From assembly GCA_028534125.1 (NCBI GenBank), contig CM052816.1:62498001-62562000 (forward strand): DNA of 64,000 bases, read 5' to 3'. Positions within the stretch are counted from its first letter, which is position 1; the number at the start of each line of letters is the position of its first letter. The translations under genes were made by a program, and so were the position numbers. Below the pieces are notes generated by a model. The model ran no database searches and was not told the origin of the DNA. It saw only the letters and a list, made by a program, of their open reading frames with translations. This stretch comes from Lama glama (Eukaryota). Positions 26,270 through 36,899 of this stretch are shown piece by piece.

Positions 26270-26880
26270 TGAGTACTCATATCTTCTATTCAGGAAAGAA
26301 ATATAAGAAAAAGAGACTAAATTACAAGTTGTTCAATGATGAATAAACTAAAAAAATTAACGTGTCAATGAAGAAATCAGGACAACAATCGAAAGAATAA
26401 AAATGAAATAAAGAAATAAAAATGTCCAGAAAGAAAGCAATTAGAATGGAAAACGGACAAAGAATATCAAATATATGGATAATTTAATTCCCCAAAGGAG
26501 AAAAACAAAACAATGAAACAGAACTACTATTTAAAACAGTAACTTAAGTCAGTTTTCCAGAAATAAAAGAAAACTTGCATCTATATATTGAAAGGGCCCA
26601 CTGGGTACCTAAGAAAATTGATCTAGCATGATCAAATCTAAGGCATATCCTAGTAAGACTTTTGGACTTTATAGTCCAAAAACTTCCCAGTATTTTCGAC
26701 CAAAATGATACAATGAGTTACAAGGGCAAGAGAAAAGCAATGATGAAGCAGCATTTTCAAGAAACTCAAGGAAAGAATGCGTGATCCAAGGATTTTATAT
26801 CCTGCTGAGACATCCTTCAACTATCAAGACCCCTCCAAAAAAGTTTTTTTTAACATGCAAGAACTTAAGAAGTCCTGAGC
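26270..26880 (+). mobile_element. Old L1 ORF1 remnant
   Basis: attgaaagggcccactgggtacct...aggcatatcctagtaagac encodes IERAH..RHILV motifs of L1 ORF1. Confidence 0.7.
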
Positions 26881-27040
26881 AAGCTAGAACACACCCTTAC
26901 ACCATATACAAAAATCAACTCAAAATGGATTAAAGACTTAAACATAAGACAAGATACAATAAACCTCCTAGAGGAAAACATAGGCAAAACATTATCTGAC
27001 ATACATTTCAAAAATTTTCTCCTAGAAGAAATAAAAGCAA
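26881..27040 (+). mobile_element. Younger L1 ORF2 fragment running into the assembly gap
   Basis: cacaccatatacaaaaatcaactcaaaatggattaaagacttaaac...ctcctagaggaaaacatagg ([12 protein letters not shown]...LLEENIG), close to L1 consensus. Confidence 0.9.
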
Positions 27041-27540
27041 NNNNNNNNNNNNNNNNNNNNNNNNNNNNNNNNNNNNNNNNNNNNNNNNNNNNNNNNNNNN
27101 NNNNNNNNNNNNNNNNNNNNNNNNNNNNNNNNNNNNNNNNNNNNNNNNNNNNNNNNNNNNNNNNNNNNNNNNNNNNNNNNNNNNNNNNNNNNNNNNNNNN
27201 NNNNNNNNNNNNNNNNNNNNNNNNNNNNNNNNNNNNNNNNNNNNNNNNNNNNNNNNNNNNNNNNNNNNNNNNNNNNNNNNNNNNNNNNNNNNNNNNNNNN
27301 NNNNNNNNNNNNNNNNNNNNNNNNNNNNNNNNNNNNNNNNNNNNNNNNNNNNNNNNNNNNNNNNNNNNNNNNNNNNNNNNNNNNNNNNNNNNNNNNNNNN
27401 NNNNNNNNNNNNNNNNNNNNNNNNNNNNNNNNNNNNNNNNNNNNNNNNNNNNNNNNNNNNNNNNNNNNNNNNNNNNNNNNNNNNNNNNNNNNNNNNNNNN
27501 NNNNNNNNNNNNNNNNNNNNNNNNNNNNNNNNNNNNNNNN
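27041..27540. other. Assembly gap (500 N)
   Basis: Run of N. Confidence 1.
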
Positions 27541-28490
27541 TCAATAAATATGAATGGAGTTTAATTTAATTATTAAAGGAAAATTTATTTACAGTTTGGC
27601 TCACAAAGCAAGATCCAACTATATACTTTATAAAAGGGACACATCTACACAAAAGTGATTCAGAAATGCTGAAAATTAAAGGATGAGCAAAGCAGGAGAA
27701 AGGAAACAATGAGAAAGCAAGGGTTCAGACATGGATACCTGGCCCAAAATGCATGACCTCAATTTAAGCATAAGGAAACATCAAATAAACTAAAATTGAG
27801 CAAGATTTTTATGAGATATTTGCTCTTTACTCTTCAGAATTTTCAAAAAAAAAATATGTCAAGGGAATGGAAAACAAAGACAGACAGGAATTGTCCAGAT
27901 TAAAGGAGACTAAAGAGACAGGACAACTAAATGGAATGTGTGATCCTGAATTGGACTCCACTGTCTGTTTCTGTCTCCGTCTCCGTCTCCGTCTCCGTCT
28001 CCGTCTCTGTGTCTCTGTCTCTCTCTATATATATATACAGCTCCATAGGTCATTATTGTAGTAACTGGCAAAATATTGACAAAACTTTTAAATTAAATAT
28101 TATATCACTGCTAGTTTCTTTTTTTTAAAAATAGACTTTTTTCTTTTAGAGCAATTTCAGGTTCACAAAAGAATTGAACAGAAAATACAGTCTGCACATA
28201 GCCCTCCCCACCCACACATACATACTCCCTACCCTCAACATCCCTCATCAGTGTGGCATATTTGGTACTTATATTGATGTTTTTGTGTGGTTATGTAAAT
28301 GAATGTCCTTATTAGAAAATGCACATTGACGTATTTAGGGTTAAAAAGACATCATATCTGCCATTTACTGAAAAATTATAGTAATATGTGCCTGTGTGTG
28401 TGTAAGTAAAATGCCCAGGGGTTCTTTATACTATTGTTACAATTTTCTGTAAGTCTGAAATTAGTTCAAAATAAAAAATTTACAAAAATT
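27541..28490 (+). mobile_element. Old L1 (L1MC-like): ORF2 start remnant then 3'UTR, with a short antisense L1 piece at about 28115-28270
   Basis: caagatccaactatatac (EN remnant); gattaaaggagactaaagagac; ttctttatactattgttacaattttctgtaagtctgaaatt..tcaaaataaaaa. Confidence 0.7.
27961..28036. repeat. Compound (CTCCGT/CTGTCT)n-(CT)n-(AT)n microsatellite
   Basis: Seen directly. Confidence 0.9.
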
Positions 28491-28949
28491 AGTATCTAGG
28501 ATATGAAAAAGGAAGTATTTGTCTCGGGTTCTGCAGGAAGGAATTCTGAGGAATTGCAAATAAAAAGAGGACCTCAAAACAGACCAAAAGTTAAAAAAGT
28601 CTTTTAAAGTCCTATACCTGGAGCCCACCTTACCTCCATTCTTCTTGTTAGGACAACTGGTAAGTCTTCTTAACTTTCAACCTAGTTCTAGTTATCTGTC
28701 ACTCACAAGTGCCCAAAGCTAAAGGGTGGTGGATCTCAATATCACTCTGTTAACATTTAAAAGCCAGAGATAAGTTTGCCAGCTGACAAGAAACAAGAGT
28801 ATCTATAAAATATGATTGTGACATTCCACAGTGGTAAGGTCACATATAAAAGACTCCTGAAAATGGTTCTTTTCTTTTTCCAGGTATTTTATCATATTTA
28901 GTACATATTGAAGTAGATGGAATGGAAGATAGGAGATCAGTTTATTTCC

Positions 28950-29130
28950 CTAAGCTTGGTTAAGACACAGACTATAGAACAATGACCAACTGTGATGTGG
29001 AACAAGGTGCTTAACTTCTCTAAGCCTCAGTTTCCTCATCTCTAAAATAAAATAATGTGTGAAAAGCACTTGGAAGTGACTGGTGTGTAATAAGCAGTAA
29101 TAAATGTTAGTGATTACTGTTTATTATTGA
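28950..29130 (+). mobile_element. MIR SINE
   Basis: cttaacttctctaagcctcagtttcctcatctctaaaat...aaagcactt...aataaatgttag. Confidence 0.8.
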
Positions 29131-29679
29131 GAGGAACATAATTCTTTGTAGAGTGGTTATCTTTCAAGGTAAACAGAAAACTTAAGAGCAATTGTACACC
29201 ATCTCGAGCTATGACAAGCCAGCTAACAACCAAATGATGGTGAGAGAGCAAAGAAATGATGCCTGATGTCTGGTCATTTCAATTCAGTGAAAGACTCACT
29301 TGGTGATTATGCTGTGTTCAAAATCTCAGTGAAGTCTGGAAGGTTGCTATCTTTGGGGAAAAGCATTATTGAAGGTTGGTAAAACACAGACCACACCTGA
29401 AAACTGTCAAGTGGCTTGCTCAAGAGATACTGAACAGGCGAGTAGATGCAAGGAATTGCCACATGGACTGCTAAGAGTATAATTATGACCTGGTTCTTGA
29501 AAATACATTTCCAGATGGATGGAAATTTCTTACCGTGAGAAAGTCTCAAGGGAAGCAGGGAGAGCCCTGGGAACAGAAAGAAGATGAAGGGTGATTTTGA
29601 ATCTGGAAGTTGCAATGAGGTAGATGTAACTTCTAGTGTCGGGGGACTGACCTTAGATGGAAACCCAGGGGCCAGCAGG

Positions 29680-29912
29680 GCAGAGTGATTAAGAACATAG
29701 CCTCTAGACACACCTCTTGGGTTTCAAGTTTTTGTTCCACCACTTACTACATGTGTGACCTTGGTAAGTTACTTAGTGCTTTAGCTTTCTCCTCTTTACA
29801 ATGAGGACAAAAGTATTACCTACTTCATGAAAATGTTGAAAGTAGAAAAATAATTAATATATATATAAAACACTTGGTGCGTGGTATTTACATTAATTAT
29901 CATTATCATTAT
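29680..29912 (+). mobile_element. MIR SINE
   Basis: agtgattaagaacatag...ccaccacttactacatgtgtgaccttggtaagttactta...tacctacttcat. Confidence 0.8.
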
Positions 29913-30569
29913 AAGAGACAAGCAGGACGTTAGTTCCTGATTGTTTTGGATGTTTATCTGTGCAGAGGCAGAGACCAAGCCAGATGTTTCAGATCATTCA
30001 CACTGAGTCTCCAGGAATCCACCATTTCTGGGTGTGGCTACCAAACATATTATATTATTTTGGTGCGTTTTCCTCTTTTAGCAACTGACTTATTGTGGCA
30101 AGACCAGAATATTATACAGCACATACAGGACAGCCACCTTACTACCCTTACCACAATTAGAAGGCTGATGAGTTTTGTTTGCTTATACACAGATTTCTTT
30201 TTAGACAACTAAGAAAAGAAATAATTTGTGAAGGTGTTTGGACATTTAGTCTGTATCCCTTAGACCCCAGGGTTCAAGGAATGCTTCCAGGAAGAAGTGA
30301 TGCTCCCACTGAAAACTAAAGGCTGAGTAGGCCAGCCAGGGAAGAAGATGAGACAGGACATGTCAGATGGGGGAAGCGGAAAGTGTTCTTGACCACAAAC
30401 ATCCCACTTCTATGCTGTCCCCAGAGACAATGCCTCCTTAGTCAGGCTCCGGTGGAATGCCTGCAGTCCTCTAACTTTAGAGAAATGAACATCACTAACT
30501 ACCTAGGAAGTCTTCAGGGACGCCAAAGGCCTGGATGGAGAATGCCTTTTCCCGTGTTCTCAGAGCCCC

Positions 30570-30740
30570 CCGTGCTGAGGCATACAACAGCACTGACTGC
30601 CCTGTATTACGAAGGTCCTCTTGCTCCCAGCACTAAGCACCAAACCCCTTGATGACAAGAACATGTCTCACTCACCTGGGCGTGCTCAGCACCTGGCATG
30701 GTCCCTAGTGCTTAGTAAGTGCTTCATGCATGTTTGATGA
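30570..30740 (+). mobile_element. L2 3' tail
   Basis: cagcacctggcatggtccctagtgcttagtaagtgcttcatgcatgtttgatga. Confidence 0.6.
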
Positions 30741-31309
30741 GAGAACAGCTCTCTGGGAATTTAGTTACGTGATCCTTCCTGAAAGCTCGCCAGGAATGGA
30801 GACAACTCCCTTGAGTCAGCCTCCTGCTTACACTTCAACGGCTCTCCCACTGCCTTGGGGATACAAGATGTTTAGCTTTGTCTCCTTGCTTCTTTCACAG
30901 AAGCACCGTGTTCAGCCACCCTAAACTCAACACTATTTCCAGAATGTACCTTTCTTGCCAATGAAAACACACTTCTTTTATTGTTCCCTTGCTTATGTAG
31001 GAGATTCATCCTTCAAAGTTCAGCTTACATTTATGTGAAGTCCTCCCAATTCTCCTTTCTCTTTGGCTTCCTTCCTTTCTCTAAATCTCTCCTCTACCAA
31101 CTAACTTCTTTCTCTTTTTCTGATCAAGCTTTTTGGATACCACGACTACAGAAATTTTCATATTGAATGGTGATTTTTCTTTATGTTTCTCTCCTTTACA
31201 AGGCCAAGAACTCTTAGAAGGCAGAGAACGTGATGTATTCATCTCTGTAGCAGAGCAGAGCCTGACACATTGCAGTACACACATACAAAGCTCCAACTAA
31301 CGTCCTATG

Positions 31310-31786
31310 GGCTTCCCTTCTGAGTTTAGCTTCCCTGGGGCAGTGTGAAGAAGTCTGTGCAAGCTTCAACTCACTGCAGCAGACAGCCTCTCCCCTTGCT
31401 TTCTGCCCCAGATTCCTCCAGGATCCCAGACACCGAAAGGGGTCAAGGGTGGGACCTCCTCAGCCTTCAGGCATATGGAGCCTAAAGGAGAGGAAGACGT
31501 TAACAACCATAGGCTGGCCCTCCTCCACGGGGGACTGGAGCCCCCGGATAATTGCTTCACCCTATCATCCTTTAGGAGACAATCCCAGCAAATAGCCCCA
31601 GCAGAAATGAGTTTCCATTGCCCACAGTGAGGTCCTCCATAATATGCTCTTACATTCATTGGCTTTTCTTCTTTTCCTCTCCTCTTTCTACTTGCTCACT
31701 TCTGTTCCTTAGGATCACTTCCCAAAGATATTACTTGTATGCAATTCTTTGTCTCAGATTCGGCTTTTTAAGGGAACACAGGTAGC
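31310..31786 (+). mobile_element. LTR16/LTR33-like ERVL LTR
   Basis: Ends ggatcacttcccaaag..tacttgtatgcaattctttgtctcagattcggctttt..gggaac, like the LTR16 3' end. Confidence 0.65.
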
Positions 31787-32569
31787 ATTCAAAAATATTT
31801 TTGGAATAAAAGAATAAATAATGGAAAAAATCAATGAGGCAATGAGCAAAGAAATAGTTACTATGTATTTAGCATGCTATGGGTTCTTATACTTTGTATT
31901 CTGTTATGCTTTGTTGACTCCAACCGAGAGAATGAGAGCTGGAAACCCATGCTAGATGGTTCTGCTAGAGAAGCCAGGCTGCCAGTCACTCCTCCTTCCT
32001 TCCTCTGCCTCCAAGAGAAGCCAGTGTGTGTTTCTGAGTGCTCACACTTCCTGAGACTCACATTTCCTAAACTTGAGGCAGTTTGTTTCTGATGGGGATG
32101 TGAGAACTGAAGCCCCAGGATATGACCAAATTAGCCTTTGGCCAACAATAGCAGACAAAAGTTAGTATATTTTTCACAGCTTGATTAGAAGAGTTTGCAT
32201 CTGAGAAGGGCAGTATTATTACATCTGACTTTCTGGATTGCAGCTGGGACATTGTCCTCCAGCCCACTTGCCGCAGAGACTCCGCTCCAGCTGACAGCAC
32301 GTGTGTTTCTTCACTCCGACCTCCCACCTGAGTACTTTTCCGATGCCAGTGCCCTCACTCCCCAGCTGCCTCCATTTGCTGCCTGAGCTTCTTTTCTCTC
32401 TACTGTCCTTTTACTTCAGCTGGCACGACTCTGCTATGGTCTTTAAAATTTGTCCCCAAACTTAAGTTTTCTTAATTCTAGCTCCTTTCAGAAGTGGTCA
32501 AGGGGCCCTTGAGTTTATCTGAGAGTCAGGAGTACCAAAAAGAGGCAGCATTTTGTAAACTCCTATTTC

Positions 32570-32750
32570 CCCTTGGCCGGTGGACCACCGGGCACCAGAA
32601 TCATTTAGGGCACTTGTTAAATATACAGATCCCTGGGACCGACCCCAGAACTACTCCGTCAGAATCACTGGTGTTTGCGCTTGGGGGTCTGCATTTTTAT
32701 CAAGTACTCCAAGTGACTGTTATGCACATTCAGGTTCAAGAGTCCCTTTA
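32570..32750. mobile_element. MER5-like hAT element
   Basis: caccagaatcatttagggcacttgttaaatatacagatccctggg...tctgcatttt. Confidence 0.7.
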
Positions 32751-33014
32751 ATTTGTTCTTGTCTGTAATTTTTCTATAACATTTGCTCCTCTTTTCTCAT
32801 GAGAAGGTGCAAAGGACTCTGAAATATCTATTCCAGTACAGCTTTTAAGCAAAGCCAGAACCAAAGCAGATTTTCTATGCAGATTTTCTCATTAAATACA
32901 AGGTCAAGGAAGTAATTGCTCACTTACCTTCCATGGTAGGTGACCACGAAGACTCTCTTGTTTATGGCACATTGTGTTGTAGCTGGTTGGTTATTAAGTA
33001 GGAGGGGGGCTAAC

Positions 33015-33185
33015 CTAGCTCAGAAACTTGTAATCCTGTTACTGATTAGAATCACCTGGAGAGCTTAAAAATGCAATGTCCAAGCCCTCCTGTCTAGATA
33101 TTCTGATTCGATTGGTTGAGGTGATACCTGTTTATTTTAAAAGCTACCTAGGTGAACCTCAAGCTAAAGTAAAGACCTGCTGTGT
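33015..33185. mobile_element. MER5-like hAT element
   Basis: attagaatcacctggagagcttaaaaatgc...ttctgattcgattggt. Confidence 0.7.
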
Positions 33186-33790
33186 AGTTACTAAGGGCGT
33201 GGGACTGATGGTTGTTTTGCATTAGAGGTAAGAATTTCTTTGGTGCAAAAGATGGAAATGACTATGCCAGGTTGAGGGAGATATATGCCATGATGTGGAG
33301 GCACAGGCTTGTGGAGAGGTCTAGAAGGCAAGTCGATTCAAATTCAGTTAGGCCTCATCACCAGGAAAGCATATACATGGAGATATCTACACTCATATCC
33401 ATCAGTTAGTCAGTTTCTGATGAAGGGCCTTCACTGAGATAAAACTTTAGCTTTTAGCCTTCATGAAATGACATTTGAAAATATTCCTGAACTTATTCAA
33501 AATGGCAGGGAATATATAATTTACTAAACTACTTGGTAATGAACCTTGCAATAGATTTCTTTCATTTGGGTATCAAGAAAAAGTCTATATCTCATAATAC
33601 AATTTCATGTTTCCATTACATGAAAAAGAGTATTACATGGTCCACGATGTTTTATTTTTTGACTTTGACTATTAGGAATCTCAGTGTTAATTTTAGGTAA
33701 TTTTAATTTTAGTTCATTTTGGTGCTCACATTGGGCTTCAGATGAAATTTTCTCTCTCTACTCTTTGTGTTCTTTTCTTTTTTTTTTTTT

Positions 33791-33894
33791 AAATATGGAA
33801 TGCTTCACAAATTTACGTGTCATCCTTGTGCAGGGCCATGCTAATCTTCTCTGTATTGTTCCAATTTTAGTATATGTGCTGCTGAACCGAGCAC
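33791..33894 (-). pseudogene. Full-length retrotransposed U6 snRNA pseudogene with poly(A) tail and TSD
   Basis: Reverse complement matches U6 (GTGCTC...ACAGAGAAGATTAGCATGGCCC...ATTT). Poly(A) appears as a T-run at 33778-33790. 16-bp TSD tctttgtgtt(c/a)ttttc at 33762-33777 and 33895-33910. Confidence 0.95.
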
Positions 33895-34039
33895 TCTTTG
33901 TGTTATTTTCAACATTTCTTTTCAATATGTATTTTGATTAACCAAGCTAATACGTACTTTAACACAGAATGTATCTAATTCCTTTTTGGAAATAGACAAA
34001 TATTACCCTTTATATCCATCCACTTTTCATAGTTACATC

Positions 34040-34730
34040 CATACCAAGGCTATGAGGATCCACAGGATTTCTGGCTCCTGCCCATTCTCTGACCTCATGC
34101 CCTATCACTCCCCTTTTTTGCACTCCACCCCTTCAGTTACCCAACATACCAAGCTCAGTCTTCTTCGTTCTTCTTTTACTTGGATTTTCTCTTCAACTAG
34201 AATGGTGCTTCCCAATGCTCTTCACAGCCTGCAACATACAGAAAATGGTAACATTTGAACAACACACTGGAGTAAACAGAGGAGGCGACTGACCACAAGG
34301 GGGTGACTGGTCAGAGGCTTTGCTGCCCCAGGCTTTGCCCTGCTGGCCCAAAGGCTGAGAAGATCAGTATGTTATTACAGTACACCACCAAAGAGACCTT
34401 TGAATGCCTGTCTCCTTTGTACTATTCGAGTCTCAACCTAAATGTCACTTCTTCAGAGAAGCTCACCTCACCAACCTCATAGGAGTAAGACCCCTTCAGC
34501 AACTTCACCAAACTGCTCAATTTTATCTTCACCATAACATTATCAGCACCTGCAATTATCTCAGTTATTTCTTTATTATTCACTTGTTTCTAGTTTGTTT
34601 CTACTAGTTTCAGTATGAAGTGACTGAGTGTAGGAATACTTGAAGGTCTTATTAATCATTATGTACAAAAAGCCTAGAAAAAATAGTAAATACTCAATAA
34701 ACATGGCAGACTGATGGGAAAATGGTTACT
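34040..34730 (+). mobile_element. L2 3' region, interrupted at about 34232-34403
   Basis: ctggctcctgcccattctctgacctcat...tctcaacctaaatgtcacttcttcagagaagc...agtaaatactcaataaa. Confidence 0.7.
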
Positions 34731-36899
34731 TGGCCAGGATATTTCCCATTCTCGGATGAGGCTTCACCTAGTGTGGCTTGGAAACATGGTTCAGTGGTTG
34801 CAGTAAGGCAACGACTCTGTCTTTCTATCTTTATAGTCTTATTGGATGGTATGCTGCCTGGCTCATGCAATAAGTTCTTGTTGTGTAAATGAATGAAGGG
34901 AGGAAGGAAGGAAAGAAAGAGGGAAGGAATGAAAATAGGAAGGAAGAAAAAATGAAAGGAAGAAAGGCAAGGATAATTGAAGACAAACTTCAACTTCTTT
35001 GGTCTGTTTTCAAGTTTTGGAAATTTTCATCCGGCGCTAGTAGCAGTTTAGTCTGAACACTGGATAATAATGTTAGGGGCCTTCTAACTGATGCAGCCAG
35101 GCTAATATGAGGTACCCATCATGTGATCTAGGGCAAATAACTTAATCATGAGGACCCTCAGTTTCCTTTTCTGCACATTAAGTTTGGGTTAGGTGAGCCC
35201 TGCAGTCCCTTACCATTTTGAAATGTCTGCTATTTTAATTGACAGAAAATCAGAAAGGGGATGCTGAGGAAGTTATCAAGCAGATAATCCAGATAGTAGC
35301 CAGGATCCTTGAAGGGGGACCAGAGGCTGCTATTTAAAAATATGATGACTAGGAAAGATCCAGGGAGCCCGAAGGGCATGTTTTCAGGGAGGTTGGGCTT
35401 TCTACCTAGAACAACTACGCTGCCCTCTCTCTCTGCCCATGTACTGCTGAGCAGCACCTTCTCATTAGTTGGTGATCTTTAGTGAATGAGCAACAACAGC
35501 TGCTCAGGTCAGGTAGCTGCATGCAGGAAGTGTTCTAGGGTAGAGAATTCTATTTTCCCATTGTACTCAAGTATTTTAGAAACAAACAAGCAAAAGGCCT
35601 TACTAGGCCTCCACTTATTTATTTATTTGAAAAATTGTATAGGCGCAGGCTGTTGTGAACGTTAAATAAAACATTGCATGGAAAGGGCCTAGTATAGAGT
35701 TAGGCATATAATAAACACTTAATCATGCTGGCTACCACTGTTATTACATTATGCAAGTCATGAGCTAGAAGCCAAAATATTTAATCCCAAATACCAGCAT
35801 TTGATTCCATTTCTTTCTGCTGCAGATAGAGCAGTTGGCTACGAAGTCCAGAGGAGAAGATCCAGAGCTGTGTATGATGACAGTCATCTTCTTCAATTAA
35901 AATGCCTCCGTATATTAATAACCCCAGCTGTGTTTCCCAAACAATTTGGAAAAGCTGCAAAATCCAAAAATAAAGCAAAACAAAGAGATACTCAGTCTGG
36001 AGGCAAATTTCAATTTTAGATTTCTTACAGAAAAAAGGATTGTTATCGTGTTTGAGATTAAAAATATATCAACATTGCATTTAGTAACAATCAGTTACTG
36101 TGGCACACTCAACTCCTCATCTATGTCTCTCTAACAGGAGAAGATATTTTGAACATTTACATCTTCAGAGAACCATCATTTTGTTTATTTTTGTTTTGTA
36201 TTTCATTATGTGATGGGCCTGGAATAAGTGATTTCTCATGCACAATAACAATTATTGAAAGGTGTAGCTCTTTTTTGTTTTCAAGGTGAAATTAGGAATT
36301 AAGAATATAATAATTTTAGAAGACAAGATATTCAGTTTCAAAATGGATGAACACTGCTAATAATGAGGTCTAAAAACTTTTCAAAACGTTAATTCTTGGA
36401 TAATTTTAAATAAAAAATTATCTTTGATAAAACATCAGTAGTAATTTTTTACTAATTTTAGTTTAGTTTAAAGATGCTCTTTTCCATTGAAATTTTAAGT
36501 AATTGACTATAAACTCAAATACTGTCATTTACTATAAATTCTCTATATTCATTTTACATTAAGGAAGTTAATTATGTGTATCTTTTTTAAAATATAAAAA
36601 TTTGAGTTACTATTTATGCATATTAACTTACAATTCTTTTCTTTTTGGAGAAAAAGTATATTTCACATTAATAGAAAAGCTGAAGAAAGCCCAAGATAAA
36701 AAATATTTTGGAAAACTACTTAAAATTTTAATTTTACTAACATTTATTGACCACTTAAGATACAAGGAACTCCAATAAGTTCTTTAATTGCATTATTTAA
36801 GCTTGATGAAACCCATTAAGGTAGAAATTTTTCTATCTTCTGGTAAACTTTGCAGGCTCTATATTCAAAACTTTTCCCCACTGCAAAATATTAAATAAT

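Noticed and set aside
27008..27544. 178-aa poly-X ORF
   Set aside because: Artefact of the N gap.
36200..36780. Very AT-rich tract as a matrix-attachment or unwinding element
   Set aside because: Composition alone is not evidence of function.
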